A stretch of 64,000 nt of DNA from Candidatus Nanoarchaeia archaeon (GTDB taxonomy: Archaea; Nanobdellota; Nanobdellia; SCGC-AAA011-G17; DATDVL01), in NCBI GenBank assembly GCA_035289925.1, contig DATDVR010000008.1, positions 849-64,848 on the forward strand, read 5' to 3'. Positions 19,009 to 29,147 of the stretch are shown piece after piece. A program made the position numbers and the translations under genes. The notes under the pieces are model-generated. The model saw only the letters and a list, made by a program, of their open reading frames with translations. It ran no database searches and was not told where the DNA came from. Position 1 is the first letter of the stretch. Each line of letters starts with the position of its first letter.

Positions 19009-20342
19009 TAGGATTCACCAAAATGTTCTTTTTTCCATTTCTCCTGAGCCTCAATCCATTCATCTAAATTAAATGGTCTCTTGAAATATTCTTCATACCT
19101 TTTGATAAATTCTTCCATAGTCTCAGAAGAATTTTGTGGAAAGTCTTCTAGAGTATAATTTTTCAAAGGATCAAATGCTTGTTCCTCTTCTCTTTTTTTT
19201 CTTTCTTCAACATCAGCAGGGTCTATAAATCTCAGATTCACAAAAAAATCAGCGTTTTGTCTTTCAAAGATTTTATCAAAAAAATCAGTATTTTTTACAT
19301 CATTAATCCTATCAAAATATTTCTCATTAAACTTTTTTCTATTTATACACTCCTCTAAAATATAGTCATAATTATATTCTACAATATCAACCCCAAAATT
19401 ATCTCCCTTGAAATTGTCTCTAATTAAATTACTTAAGTTATTATAGCATTCTCTTAAAAATTTATCTTTAAAACTATTTTTTAATATAAAAACATCTCTT
19501 GATTTACATTGCTCTAAAATTTCTTCTAGCTCTTTTTGAGAATGTGGCAAATCAAATTGATCAGTTTCCAAAACCTTTTTAATTTTCTCTTTATTAGAGT
19601 CAGAAGGACAACTAAATTCTTTATTGCTATCCTTCAAAGTCTTAATTAGTTCTTTACTAGATACCCCTTGAAAGAAGAAATCTTCATTTCTTAATACTTC
19701 GCCACAATCATCTTCATTACAATCACTAGGATATAACTTAAGATATTCTAAAATAATATCTGTAGGGAACTCATTATTTTCCAAAGGCTTTACAGCAGTT
19801 ATATCACTAAACTTACCTTTCACTTTTATAAAGAATGGACCACTTTTCCAGAAAACATAACTATTAGTTTTATCATAAAAAACTTTATTGCCATTAAAAT
19901 CAGAAACTTTAATGCCATCTTCAATTTGAGAATTTACCCAAGAAATCAAATAACCTTCATCAAAAAGAGTACTGTCAATCAATCTTCCATCAAATGGATA
20001 AATAGAAACGCTATACTTCACATCAGTTTCATTATCAACTATACTATTTTTATCAACATAAGAAAAAAGATAAACGGGCACAAAATCCTCATCAGTTTTC
20101 GCTTCGGCATCTTCATTTAATGTTTCAGAAGAGTACTCGTTGATTAGTTCAAAATTTTTTACTTGAGGTATCTTTCTTATTTCAAAATCAATTCTTTTTT
20201 CAACTATTTTAGATTGTTTATCAAATTCCTTAGCTAACTTCTCTTTATCAAAAACATACTCTGCATTAGAAAGTATAGTTATTAAAATTAAAGATATTAA
20301 TGCAAAAAGTATTGGATACAATTTTCTATTCTTTATAGTCAT
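19008..20342 (-). CDS. hypothetical N-terminally anchored protein
   Basis: The ORF track starts it at 20360. The ATG at 20342 gives a typical signal/anchor, MTIKNRKLYPILFALISLILITILSNA. Its stop overlaps the start of the 15514-19008 gene (TAATG). Confidence 0.55.
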   Translation of the reverse strand: MTIKNRKLYPILFALISLILITILSNAEYVFDKEKLAKEFDKQSKIVEKRIDFEIRKIPQVKNFELINEYSSETLNEDAEAKTDEDFVPVYLFSYVDKNSIVDNETDVKYSVSIYPFDGRLIDSTLFDEGYLISWVNSQIEDGIKVSDFNGNKVFYDKTNSYVFWKSGPFFIKVKGKFSDITAVKPLENNEFPTDIILEYLKLYPSDCNEDDCGEVLRNEDFFFQGVSSKELIKTLKDSNKEFSCPSDSNKEKIKKVLETDQFDLPHSQKELEEILEQCKSRDVFILKNSFKDKFLRECYNNLSNLIRDNFKGDNFGVDIVEYNYDYILEECINRKKFNEKYFDRINDVKNTDFFDKIFERQNADFFVNLRFIDPADVEERKKREEEQAFDPLKNYTLEDFPQNSSETMEEFIKRYEEYFKRPFNLDEWIEAQEKWKKEHFGES

Positions 20343-20820
20343 AAGTAACACCACCAACATACCATTTCTCTTTTAATTTTTCTCTTAAATCTTCGACAGC
20401 ACGAATTTTAGCATTCTCGCTTATAATATCATCAAACTCTATTTTTATTTGAGCTCTTTCAATATTGATGTTCCAAGCAACAAGTTCAATTGAAGTTATA
20501 TCATCAATTTCGCTTTTAATATTTACAAGATCATTATAAAAGTATGACTTAAAAGCAGCATTTTCAACGCCACTTATGTTGCCTTTCTCCTTGCTTAAGT
20601 AAGTGCTTGCTTTAATTCCATCTTGCTCTTTCTGGTTAAAATCTACAAATAAAGAATCTAAGTTATAATCAATTTTTTTCTGAATGCAGCCAATAAGGAT
20701 AATAGTCAGTAAAAAAAGCAAAAAGATTACAATTCTTTCTAATCTAAGTACTTTAAAGCTACTTTGCAAACCCCGCAATCCCCCCAATATTGAAGCATTA
20801 CATAGATATATAAATTTCAT
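20326..20820 (-). CDS. hypothetical lipoprotein-like or membrane-anchored protein
   Basis: 164 aa. A hydrophobic segment ends in a lipobox-like LIGC. Confidence 0.45.
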   Translation of the reverse strand: MKFIYLCNASILGGLRGLQSSFKVLRLERIVIFLLFLLTIILIGCIQKKIDYNLDSLFVDFNQKEQDGIKASTYLSKEKGNISGVENAAFKSYFYNDLVNIKSEIDDITSIELVAWNINIERAQIKIEFDDIISENAKIRAVEDLREKLKEKWYVGGVTYDYKE

Positions 20821-20838
20821 TAATTACTTCAAAGTGAC

Positions 20839-21411
20839 TTATCTGCATAAAGGAAGTCCTTTCACTTGAAGGTTCTGTATAGTCTTGCATAGCTTAACAT
20901 TTCCAGTATGATTTATGTATAGATAGACACAGTTGTCCCTGCTCAAGCTGTTCCTTGCTATATACTTGCTACTGTTGTATAGATAGTTACAGTTTCCAAC
21001 ATCATTGTTTTTTATTGCAAGCTCATTCACGCAGTTGTTCCTTTTTTCCTCTCCATCAATTTTGTCGCAAACTTCAACTTTTCCAGAAGACAAGGCTGCT
21101 TTGAAGAAGCATTCGTTGCTTTTATCTGCATTTTTTACATAATAGCACAAGCTTTCATCTTTTTGAGACACAGCAAACTCAATTAAACAATCATTTTTTG
21201 TATGCCAATCGCTTTCATCAGGAAGTTCATAGCAGTAGTCTGCATATCCTGCCTGCAAAGCAGTATTATATTCGCAGTTTTTAACGTCAAATTCGTTTCC
21301 AGCATCCTTGCATGCTTCTAATTTTGCCTTGTTCTCGTCAGAAATCTCTCTTGCAGGCTTGCATGCAACCAAAAATATTGCCAAAAAAATAATTATCGCC
21401 TCTTTTTTCAT
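20839..21411 (-). CDS. Cys-rich secreted or lipoprotein-like protein
   Basis: The ATG at 21411 gives MKKEAIIIFLAIFLVAC, which is lipobox-like. Cys pairs then recur regularly. The first start in the ORF track (21423) is a TTG. Confidence 0.5.
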   Translation of the reverse strand: MKKEAIIIFLAIFLVACKPAREISDENKAKLEACKDAGNEFDVKNCEYNTALQAGYADYCYELPDESDWHTKNDCLIEFAVSQKDESLCYYVKNADKSNECFFKAALSSGKVEVCDKIDGEEKRNNCVNELAIKNNDVGNCNYLYNSSKYIARNSLSRDNCVYLYINHTGNVKLCKTIQNLQVKGLPLCR

Positions 21412-21460
21412 GCAGTAAAACAAATTAAATTCGTATATAAATTATTCTAATTTATGAATA

Positions 21461-21907
21461 TTAATCTTCTTTATCTAAATAAGCTTCATTTTTATTTGGA
21501 TTAAAATATAAGGAAAAGTTGTTTTTTCTCAAAAAATCAGTTCCTATAATAGAGGGGGTTACTTCTCTGTCGTCTTCCTTCTTTTTTCCTTTTTGCGTAG
21601 ACAAGCCAAATTGAATTTCTTTTAAGTCAATTTTAAACAGTTTATTCTCTGTTGATTTTAAGTATAAAGTTGCTTTTTTGCCCAACATTAGCCTGTAGCT
21701 TGCAGCCCCCATCTTAAAATTTTCCTTAAACTTTAACGAATCTTCGGGTATTTGCAAAGTTAACGCATCGTTGTGCCCTATAAATGTTGTATCGCTGCCA
21801 GTATCTATTTAAAAAACGACATGTTTCAATCCAAAATGATAATTTTCAGAATGAATTGCGATGGTTATCATTAATCGACCATCTATAATCCTTAGAGGAA
21901 TTCTCAT
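21461..21907 (-). pseudogene. retropepsin-like (clan AA) aspartic protease interrupted by an in-frame TAA at 21809-21811
   Basis: One frame reads MRIPLRIIDGRLMITIAIHSENYHFGLKHVVF * IDTGSDTTFIGHNDALTLQIPEDS...IIGTDFLRKNNFSLYF. It contains the catalytic DTGS motif and the C-terminal IIGxDfL motif. I checked the frame codon by codon against the coordinates. Confidence 0.6.
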
Positions 21908-21915
21908 TGCATTCC

Positions 21916-22170
21916 CTATAATATCATCTTTATTTTTGACACGAATTGTATAACGACCTTAGAAGGATCTACGTTCTCTTTTTTAAGAGTATCTAAAAGT
22001 TTGCCCATATCTTTGTTGTGAGCCATTACTTTTCCTTTGTTAAAAGCTACGAATTCACCGTCAAAATTCTTTTTTAACTCCTGAATATTTTCTGCGAACC
22101 AATCTAATGCAGATTCGGATTCATTCAATAGTTGTAAGACTTGTTCTTCTTTTACCATTTTAAAGCCCAT
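21916..22170 (-). CDS. small hypothetical protein coupled to the retropepsin-like gene
   Basis: 84 aa. Its stop lies 8 nt before the ATG at 21907. Confidence 0.5.
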   Translation of the reverse strand: MGFKMVKEEQVLQLLNESESALDWFAENIQELKKNFDGEFVAFNKGKVMAHNKDMGKLLDTLKKENVDPSKVVIQFVSKIKMIL

Positions 22171-22462
22171 TTATAATCACTTTAAAGTAACTACTTCTAT
22201 TTAAAGATTTTGTTTTTATGCCTGCTTCTTCAGTTAAGAATATGATTATCCATCAACCTCTTTTGATATTATTAAGATTAATATAATATAAACGTGCGCC
22301 ACCATCGTAGAATGATGAATACAAAGCAAAAAGCCAATTATAGACTCAATGTTAAATGTGACGCTCATTATATATAAACCCTTTTATTTTTAAGCTTAAA
22401 AACTTAAATCTGGCGCCAATTATATATAAACAACCTAAAAATTAGCAGTTTTTGATTTGGAT

Positions 22463-23794
22463 TTAAAGCCTTACCTTATGTCCGTTCGTTAAAGAATGAA
22501 CTCTCTTGTTGTTGTAGCCCATCTCTTTTGCCAAGTCAGCAACCCTCGTCATTAATTTATGGTCGCCTTGGCACGGTATTATATGCTCTGGATTCAGTAT
22601 TTTTATGAAGTCTCTCAAGTCTTCTTTGCCACAGTGCCCTGAAGAATGAACACCTTTAAACAGTCTCAATCCTTTCTGCATGAACTTCCTTTCCATTATA
22701 GCCCTGTTAGTTATGTTAGGCTCCACAGGAATTACTCTATTTGAAAAAATTACGCTGTCCTCTTTCCTGAATTCAAAAGGCAGTTCATTGTGCAGCATCC
22801 TTGACAATACTGAGCTCTTTTCTCCTTGACCTCCGGTTGCTATGATTACGTAATCGCTTAGCCCATCTTTTTCAATCTTTTTCAATTTTTTTCTTATCTG
22901 GTTTTTATATGTTACAATCTCGGCTTCCTTAGAATATTTGCACAACCCAACATTTTCAGCAGACTTGATGTATTTCGTGAAGCTTCTTCCTAAAATCAGG
23001 ACTTTCCTATTCAATTTGTGTGAAAAATCAATTATGCTTCTTAGTCTTGCGATGTGAGAAGCAAAGCATGAAACAACTATGGCATGTCCTCTATTGTCTT
23101 CCTCAACCATGACTTCTTTGAGCATTTCCCTTGCAACAAGTTCTGAAGGAGTTTTATCTTGCGGAGCCGGAATTGAATCCAAAACCAATGCTTTTATTCC
23201 AATCTGGCTTAGCTCTTTTAATTTTTCATAGTCTACTTTGTCCCCTAAAACAGGATGGTTGTCTAACTTGAAGTCATTTGCATACAAAATAATTCCTTCC
23301 TTTGTATGAACTGCCAGTAAAGAAGTCTGCAGTGTAGAATGAGGAACATTTACAAATTCTACTTTTAAGTCTTTGTTTATTTTGTAAATTTTTCCTGGTT
23401 GCACCTTTTCAAACTTGTTTTTTAGATGCATTTTGTCATCATTCATCATTGTCTTAAGAACTTCCAAAGTGAATGGAGTACCAACAATAGGCGCATTATA
23501 TTTAGGAGCCAAATAAGGTATTGCTCCAATATGGTCTAGATGGCAGTGTGAAGCAAATATTCCCCTCACATTATTTCTCCATGAATTTAATACATTGTCA
23601 TCAGGGATTCCTTCCAGCTTTATCATTTGCTCTGTTGTTAGCTCTTGTCTGCTCCCACCATCTTCCTCAAAATCAGCTATTTTTTGCAGAAAAAATCCCA
23701 TGTCAAGAACTATTGCATCGTCATTTACTTTCAACGCAGACATGTTTCTTCCAGATTCTCCATATCCTCCTACGCCACAGAATTCAATTGCCAT
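22463..23794 (-). CDS. rnj: archaeal RNase J-like beta-CASP metallo-beta-lactamase ribonuclease
   Basis: The true start is taken as MAIEFCGVGGYGESGRN (ATG at 23792-23794). It carries the HxHxDH motif (SHCHLDHIGAIPYL) and is about 443 aa. The longer 555-aa ORF overlaps the upstream permease. Its ATG overlaps the permease stop (TAATG). Confidence 0.75.
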   Translation of the reverse strand: MAIEFCGVGGYGESGRNMSALKVNDDAIVLDMGFFLQKIADFEEDGGSRQELTTEQMIKLEGIPDDNVLNSWRNNVRGIFASHCHLDHIGAIPYLAPKYNAPIVGTPFTLEVLKTMMNDDKMHLKNKFEKVQPGKIYKINKDLKVEFVNVPHSTLQTSLLAVHTKEGIILYANDFKLDNHPVLGDKVDYEKLKELSQIGIKALVLDSIPAPQDKTPSELVAREMLKEVMVEEDNRGHAIVVSCFASHIARLRSIIDFSHKLNRKVLILGRSFTKYIKSAENVGLCKYSKEAEIVTYKNQIRKKLKKIEKDGLSDYVIIATGGQGEKSSVLSRMLHNELPFEFRKEDSVIFSNRVIPVEPNITNRAIMERKFMQKGLRLFKGVHSSGHCGKEDLRDFIKILNPEHIIPCQGDHKLMTRVADLAKEMGYNNKRVHSLTNGHKVRL

Positions 23795-25344
23795 TATGCC
23801 CTCAAGCTCTTCTTGCTGGATATGTTGCTTACAAGAACTAGGAACATTAATCCTATGAACATGGCTCCTAAAACATAAAATACAGGTACAAAAGATTTCA
23901 AAGGATAATTGAAAAGAAGTGCTTTCCTTAATAAATCTTCTCCAATCACAAAAGGATTGTACAAAGCTACTTGCTTGAAGATGGCAGGCATTGATTCCAA
24001 AGGCAATATTGTATTTGACAGGAAAAGCATTATGCTGCTTAAGGATATTGCAGCTAAAGTTCCTGTCTCTTCGCTCCTGAACAAATATCCTATTATTAAT
24101 CCTATTGAAATGAATATCAAAGACATGCAAAGCAGTATCAGGCTTACATTAGGCAGTGCACTTAGCAGGCTTCCTCTGAAAAAGTAGTAGGCAACGGCAA
24201 ATATCAATATCATTTGTAACAATATTATAAGCAAGGCAGTGATGTATATACCAATTATGAAAAGCAGGTCTGATGTAGGCGATATATAGTTCCTGAAATA
24301 TGCAGTGCTTGTTTTTTCTTTTATTACCAAGTCAGCAACCAACAATATGCTTATAAACATTATGACCATTATGACTAGAGTTGGGAACAAATAATTCAGG
24401 TAAGTTTTTTCTGCAACAACTGGCTCAATCTTGGCATTTATCGGACTTACTATCTTCCTTGCATCTTTTTCAGCAACAGCCTTTATTCCATTTATCATTG
24501 TCTTGAATATATTTTCCATCAAGGTTCCCTGGGTTACTATCTCAGAATTTGCATTTTTTATTTCTCCAAGCTTTGCAGCAACTTGCGATTTCAGCTTTGC
24601 ATTTGCATCCATTTGAGCTTGAGCCTCATCAACTAAAGCTCTTATCCTATTCATTGGCCCATAAATCCCGACAGTAGAAAAGTTAAATTGAGTCTTTAAA
24701 GCTTCGACATTGCTTTCCAAAGAGTCAAACTCCTGGTCAAACTTTGTTTTTCTAATCACAAAATCCTGCTGCGTCAATAAATCATCTGAAGCTTTTGCAA
24801 GATTTGTTGATTTTGAAGAAGCTATCAATATTGAATTTAAAGGAACAGTCTGGCCTGCTAGCTGGTCTCCAGTACTTTTTAAAGTATTTACTATTGTATT
24901 TGTAAGCTGTAAACTTATCTCATCAGATTTGGTTGCTATCTTTGAAGTTATAGTGTCCATCAAGCTATAAACTAAGTTTGTCCTTGAAGGATCAACATAA
25001 AATGTGATTTGTCCTTGGTTTTCAACGCTTAGTCCTTTAGGAAATATAGCGCATATATGGATTATGCTGTCTTTTATTCCTTTTATGCATTCATCTTGCG
25101 AAACCAATTTGTTTACAGCAAAGTTCTTTCCTGAAAGTTCTTTTATCATTGAATCTGCTAAAGGTGAATATTCCTCAGAATAAACTCCTACTCTTATTCC
25201 ATATAAGCTGGCAGAATTAAAGGCTGTTCCAACCATCATTATCAGGAACAAAGGTCCAAAAACCACTATCAATGCAGAACCCTTGCTTCTTAAGATAAGC
25301 TTTATGTTCTTCCCGACTATCCTTAGTAATTTGTTTAAAAACAT
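23794..25344 (-). CDS. ABC-2 type transporter permease
   Basis: Has an N-terminal TM segment, a large extracytoplasmic loop and a C-terminal cluster of TM helices. It lies directly downstream of the ABC ATPase gene. Confidence 0.7.
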   Translation of the reverse strand: MFLNKLLRIVGKNIKLILRSKGSALIVVFGPLFLIMMVGTAFNSASLYGIRVGVYSEEYSPLADSMIKELSGKNFAVNKLVSQDECIKGIKDSIIHICAIFPKGLSVENQGQITFYVDPSRTNLVYSLMDTITSKIATKSDEISLQLTNTIVNTLKSTGDQLAGQTVPLNSILIASSKSTNLAKASDDLLTQQDFVIRKTKFDQEFDSLESNVEALKTQFNFSTVGIYGPMNRIRALVDEAQAQMDANAKLKSQVAAKLGEIKNANSEIVTQGTLMENIFKTMINGIKAVAEKDARKIVSPINAKIEPVVAEKTYLNYLFPTLVIMVIMFISILLVADLVIKEKTSTAYFRNYISPTSDLLFIIGIYITALLIILLQMILIFAVAYYFFRGSLLSALPNVSLILLCMSLIFISIGLIIGYLFRSEETGTLAAISLSSIMLFLSNTILPLESMPAIFKQVALYNPFVIGEDLLRKALLFNYPLKSFVPVFYVLGAMFIGLMFLVLVSNISSKKSLRA

Positions 25345-25345
25345 T

Positions 25346-26275
25346 TTATGCCTGCGTCAGTTGTTCAAATACTTCATTTAGTGTTGGCTTCCTTACCTCT
25401 ACTTCTATTATCCTGTCATTTAAGTTGTCAACCAAGCTGAAAATTTCCTGCATAATTTTCTCAGGATTGTCAGTGAATATTTTTAGTCCAGATTCAGCCT
25501 TTATGATTTTCTCGACATTCAAGTTTCCAAGATGATTTATTATATAATCATAATTGTTTGAAGCCACTTCAAGGTATATTTCCTGATTCTTTGTATATAA
25601 TTCCCTTAATTCGTCTATGCTCCCTACTTTTAATATTTTAGAATTATGCAAGATTGCAATTTCATCGCATAGTTTTTCCATTTCCCACAATAAGTGAGAT
25701 GTTATTATTATTGTAGTTCCTGTCTGGTTCACTTTTTTTATCAAGTCAATCATGTCTCTTCTTAGTCTTGAGTCTAGATCCTCAGTTGGCTCATCTAAAA
25801 TCAATATTTTCGGATAATTTATTAAGGCGCATGCCAAGTCAAGCCTCTTCTGCATTCCTCCAGAAAGATTTTCAGCCACTATATGTTTTTGCTTCTCCAT
25901 TTCCAATAAAGGAAGTATTCTCTGTATGTTTGTTTCTATTACACTTTCAGGAAGTCCATACAAAGTGCCAAAATAATTTAAATTTTCTTTGACAGTTAGT
26001 TTAGGATAAAAAGAATTGTTCTGCGTTGCAAATCCAAAGTGCCTTTTGACTTCGCTTGCTTCCCTGTCTATTCTTTTTCCTTCAAAAAGGACGTTTCCTC
26101 TTGTCGGTCTGTAAAATCCTACCAAAGTGTTAAGCAAAGTCGTTTTTCCAGAGCCAGAAATGCCTATAATCCCTAATATTTTTCCTTTTTTTATGTCAAG
26201 GTCTATATTATCAAAAACCATCAGTTTCCTAAATTTCTTGGTCAAACTCTTGACCTGCAGAATCACCTCTTCCAT
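25346..26275 (-). CDS. ABC transporter ATP-binding protein
   Basis: Carries Walker A (GISGSGKTT), the signature motif (LSGGMQKRL) and Walker B (ILILDEPT). Confidence 0.9.
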   Translation of the reverse strand: MEEVILQVKSLTKKFRKLMVFDNIDLDIKKGKILGIIGISGSGKTTLLNTLVGFYRPTRGNVLFEGKRIDREASEVKRHFGFATQNNSFYPKLTVKENLNYFGTLYGLPESVIETNIQRILPLLEMEKQKHIVAENLSGGMQKRLDLACALINYPKILILDEPTEDLDSRLRRDMIDLIKKVNQTGTTIIITSHLLWEMEKLCDEIAILHNSKILKVGSIDELRELYTKNQEIYLEVASNNYDYIINHLGNLNVEKIIKAESGLKIFTDNPEKIMQEIFSLVDNLNDRIIEVEVRKPTLNEVFEQLTQA

Positions 26276-26356
26276 AGCTATCTTAAACCTCTGGTTGTTT
26301 TTAAACTTAACGTTGCTAAAATCTAGAAGATATAATCTATTTTAAACAAATAAACT

Positions 26357-28987
26357 TTAGAATAAATACTTAATTCTTATATAAAATAATTTTAATCTAA
26401 ATCTAATATACCACATCTTGGAGTAGAGATAACACAATAATAACAAACTAACTAAAGACCCTGCAATCATAATTATCCCTTCTTTTGATTTTACATAATC
26501 CCCTAACACTGAAAAACCCGTAAGAACATTATTTTGCTTTGTTTCTGTTTTAATTTTTTCTTGTATCATTGATATTGGTTCTTGAACTGGTTCACTTAAT
26601 AAAACACATTGCTCTCTTTCATCAAAAGCATAGCCAGGAGCACATTCCCTTGGAGGCAAGCTTAAAGGAACTTGTATAGCTTCTTCTTTTATAACTGGAA
26701 TCCTTCTACTTCCACCCCCTCCGCCTCCACCACCGCCTCCGGAACTTCCAGATGAAGATTGTGGTTCAGGCACAGGAAGTGTTTCAGCAACTACAAAGTT
26801 TGAAAAGTGAGGAGTTGTTGCTTTAAATCTGACTATGCCAACAGATTCATCTAACAAGGTTGTAGGTAATTCTTTCCAGCTATCTAAATCTTCTTCATAA
26901 ACATAAAGTCTTACATTACTTAACGAAACAGAACCGAAGCTTGCTTTTGGCAAATTAAAGTGAACATCAAAGGTTTGATTTTCTGGTAAGGTATGATAAA
27001 TATCAATCTGAAAAAATTCAAATTGTTTGCCCATTTCTGACAAAGAAGGAGCCCTAATTGCAGGTAAGCTATATCCATTGTAATCTTTTTTAATCAATTC
27101 TCCAACAGGAGCTGTTTCTCCCCAATTTAAAAAAAATATTGTCGTTGATTCATCTAAACCATCAATTTTATCCACAACCTGTTCTATTTGTGGATCCTCA
27201 ATTGTCCCAGTAACAAATATTTTAGTTACCCCACCTATTAAACTTGAAGAGCCTGAAGGATCTTTATCAGGATGATAAAAAACTTTATTATACTTTGCAT
27301 TATCAAAATCAGAAAGCAATCTTCCAGCCTTTCTCCTATCTTCAGGATCCTGCCCAGTTATAATTAATGCAGAATTTGGACCATTTTCAACAGCTTCAAT
27401 TACAGCTACCCCTTTATCCAAACCTTTTATAGATTTCTTGCCATCTCCAGAAATATCGCACTTATATGAACTTAAGGCATCTACTAAAGGATTTTCACAT
27501 GGATGCCCAACAACGATAAGATTATAATTTTGTATTTGATCCGGGTTATTAAGTTCAGTATCAAGAAAACTATTAACTTCCCTAAAAGCATTGTTAAAGC
27601 TAGACCCATAATTATTTAAAGTATTATTTAAATTAATCCATTCACCTTCCCCAATTTCTTCCCAACTACCAGTTTGAAGTTTTGTTATTATATCTACCAA
27701 AGTTAAAACATCTGAAGCGGGGGCATTTGATCCTACAACTACCCCTATATTATCACTTTGCCCATAATAATAAGGAAAAGGATAACTATCAAAGGGGTAG
27801 TATGAAGGGGTATAATGACCAGGCCATGAATTAAGCTCTAAATTAAAAGAAACCCTATCGCCATGTAAAGCTCCATTTTCATCCCTACCGGTTACTACTA
27901 ATTTACATATTAAATTTTCATCTTCTTTTATACTTAGGTTGACCTTTATCTTTTTACTCTCATTGGGATTCAAAATAATCTTATCTGTTTGTATCTCAAA
28001 TGGGATTTTACTTTCTACTCCACTGCACTCAAAATTTCTGGTTTCATTATCTATAACTATTTCCTTAATTACCCCAATGCTATTAATACTCAGGTTTTCA
28101 TCTTGACTGAAGTTATTTTTAATTTCTACTTCTAAAGATATAGTATCCCCTGGTTTTAGGTCATGAATCGTACTTCTATCATAAATGTCTTGAGTCGAAT
28201 GATTATTTATTATTGCTTCTATTTTATTAATATTAAGTTGGTTTTTACGTTGCATCTTTATATAAGCACCAGACATAAATGGGGTACCTATTGATTTATT
28301 TTCTCCAATAGTAACAAAAGCAACATTAAATTCAAGTTCGCTTCCATCTAAAAAGACTGCGTCTAAGTTTTGTGGAATCCTAATTTTTATAGGAACTGAA
28401 ACAGTTTTATTAGCAGGCACAACCACAGACTTATTAGGTACATCAATGGTCAAATCTAAATCTTCTTTTGAGAAATTATAAAAAGGATAAACATCCCTAA
28501 TAAAACTATCGGCCACAATCAACTTAGATATTTCTATATCTTTAAAAAGAAATGGATTAGTTATAGTAACCTCTTTAATATCAAATATATCCCTCTTGCT
28601 TTCATCAACATGTTTTGGATTACTTACCGAATAATCTTCCCCACCAAATCTGATATCATCTAACAAAAATTCATAATTAAAAGTCTGTAAAAAAAATTCG
28701 ACACTATTATCAAAAATATCTAAAACACCTATCATCCCCCCTTCACCAATAAGGCTATAATCATCTTTATAAATATAATCTGTCAATTCGCCATTAATTT
28801 CAAACTGAACGGCCGTGGTTGGCATATCCTCATAAATAATTACTTTAACATTATAACTTCCCCCATTTAGAGTGTAATTGTTTTGGTCACCTTCCTTTAT
28901 AATATCTGAAAACCCTTCTGCACTCACATTAGCTACCAATAACAAAGAAATTGCTAAGATAAAACCTAATATTTTTGGATTATTCAT
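26357..28987 (-). CDS. large C-terminally anchored surface protein with an S-layer-type domain
   Basis: Has a signal peptide (ILGFILAISLLLVANVSA). The central segment VVVGSNAPASDV...LIVVGHPCENPL...ALIITGQDPEDRRKAGRLL resembles methanogen S-layer protein domains. A poly-Gly linker (SSGSSGGGGGGGGGGS) and a C-terminal TM helix follow. Confidence 0.6.
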   Translation of the reverse strand: MNNPKILGFILAISLLLVANVSAEGFSDIIKEGDQNNYTLNGGSYNVKVIIYEDMPTTAVQFEINGELTDYIYKDDYSLIGEGGMIGVLDIFDNSVEFFLQTFNYEFLLDDIRFGGEDYSVSNPKHVDESKRDIFDIKEVTITNPFLFKDIEISKLIVADSFIRDVYPFYNFSKEDLDLTIDVPNKSVVVPANKTVSVPIKIRIPQNLDAVFLDGSELEFNVAFVTIGENKSIGTPFMSGAYIKMQRKNQLNINKIEAIINNHSTQDIYDRSTIHDLKPGDTISLEVEIKNNFSQDENLSINSIGVIKEIVIDNETRNFECSGVESKIPFEIQTDKIILNPNESKKIKVNLSIKEDENLICKLVVTGRDENGALHGDRVSFNLELNSWPGHYTPSYYPFDSYPFPYYYGQSDNIGVVVGSNAPASDVLTLVDIITKLQTGSWEEIGEGEWINLNNTLNNYGSSFNNAFREVNSFLDTELNNPDQIQNYNLIVVGHPCENPLVDALSSYKCDISGDGKKSIKGLDKGVAVIEAVENGPNSALIITGQDPEDRRKAGRLLSDFDNAKYNKVFYHPDKDPSGSSSLIGGVTKIFVTGTIEDPQIEQVVDKIDGLDESTTIFFLNWGETAPVGELIKKDYNGYSLPAIRAPSLSEMGKQFEFFQIDIYHTLPENQTFDVHFNLPKASFGSVSLSNVRLYVYEEDLDSWKELPTTLLDESVGIVRFKATTPHFSNFVVAETLPVPEPQSSSGSSGGGGGGGGGGSRRIPVIKEEAIQVPLSLPPRECAPGYAFDEREQCVLLSEPVQEPISMIQEKIKTETKQNNVLTGFSVLGDYVKSKEGIIMIAGSLVSLLLLCYLYSKMWYIRFRLKLFYIRIKYLF

Positions 28988-29147
28988 TTCTTTCTTTAAA
29001 TTACCTCAAAAAGAAGTAAGATTTACTATATTTAAATCTTTCTGTTATAACTACTTATAAGTAATAATCAATATGATATAACGGTTCTTCTCAATCTTCT
29101 GAACTTAATTGCTAATTCAAAAAGATATCTTCCGTTAATAAATAAAT

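Noticed and set aside
22309-22320. C-box-like AATGATGAA in the 22171-22462 intergenic region
   Set aside because: No CTGA D box occurs downstream on the same strand within the region. A canonical C/D sRNA is therefore not supported, and the region is kept only as an unassigned candidate.
23795-24130. N-terminal 112-aa extension of the RNase J ORF (the 555-aa version in the ORF track)
   Set aside because: The extension lies entirely inside the ABC-2 permease gene in another frame and has odd composition. The conserved RNase J N-terminus begins at MAIEFCGVGG, whose ATG overlaps the permease stop.
26711-26742. A GC-rich CCNCC run that looks like a simple repeat
   Set aside because: It is in frame and encodes the poly-Gly linker (GGGGGGGGGG) of the 26357-28987 product. 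It is not a separate repeat element.
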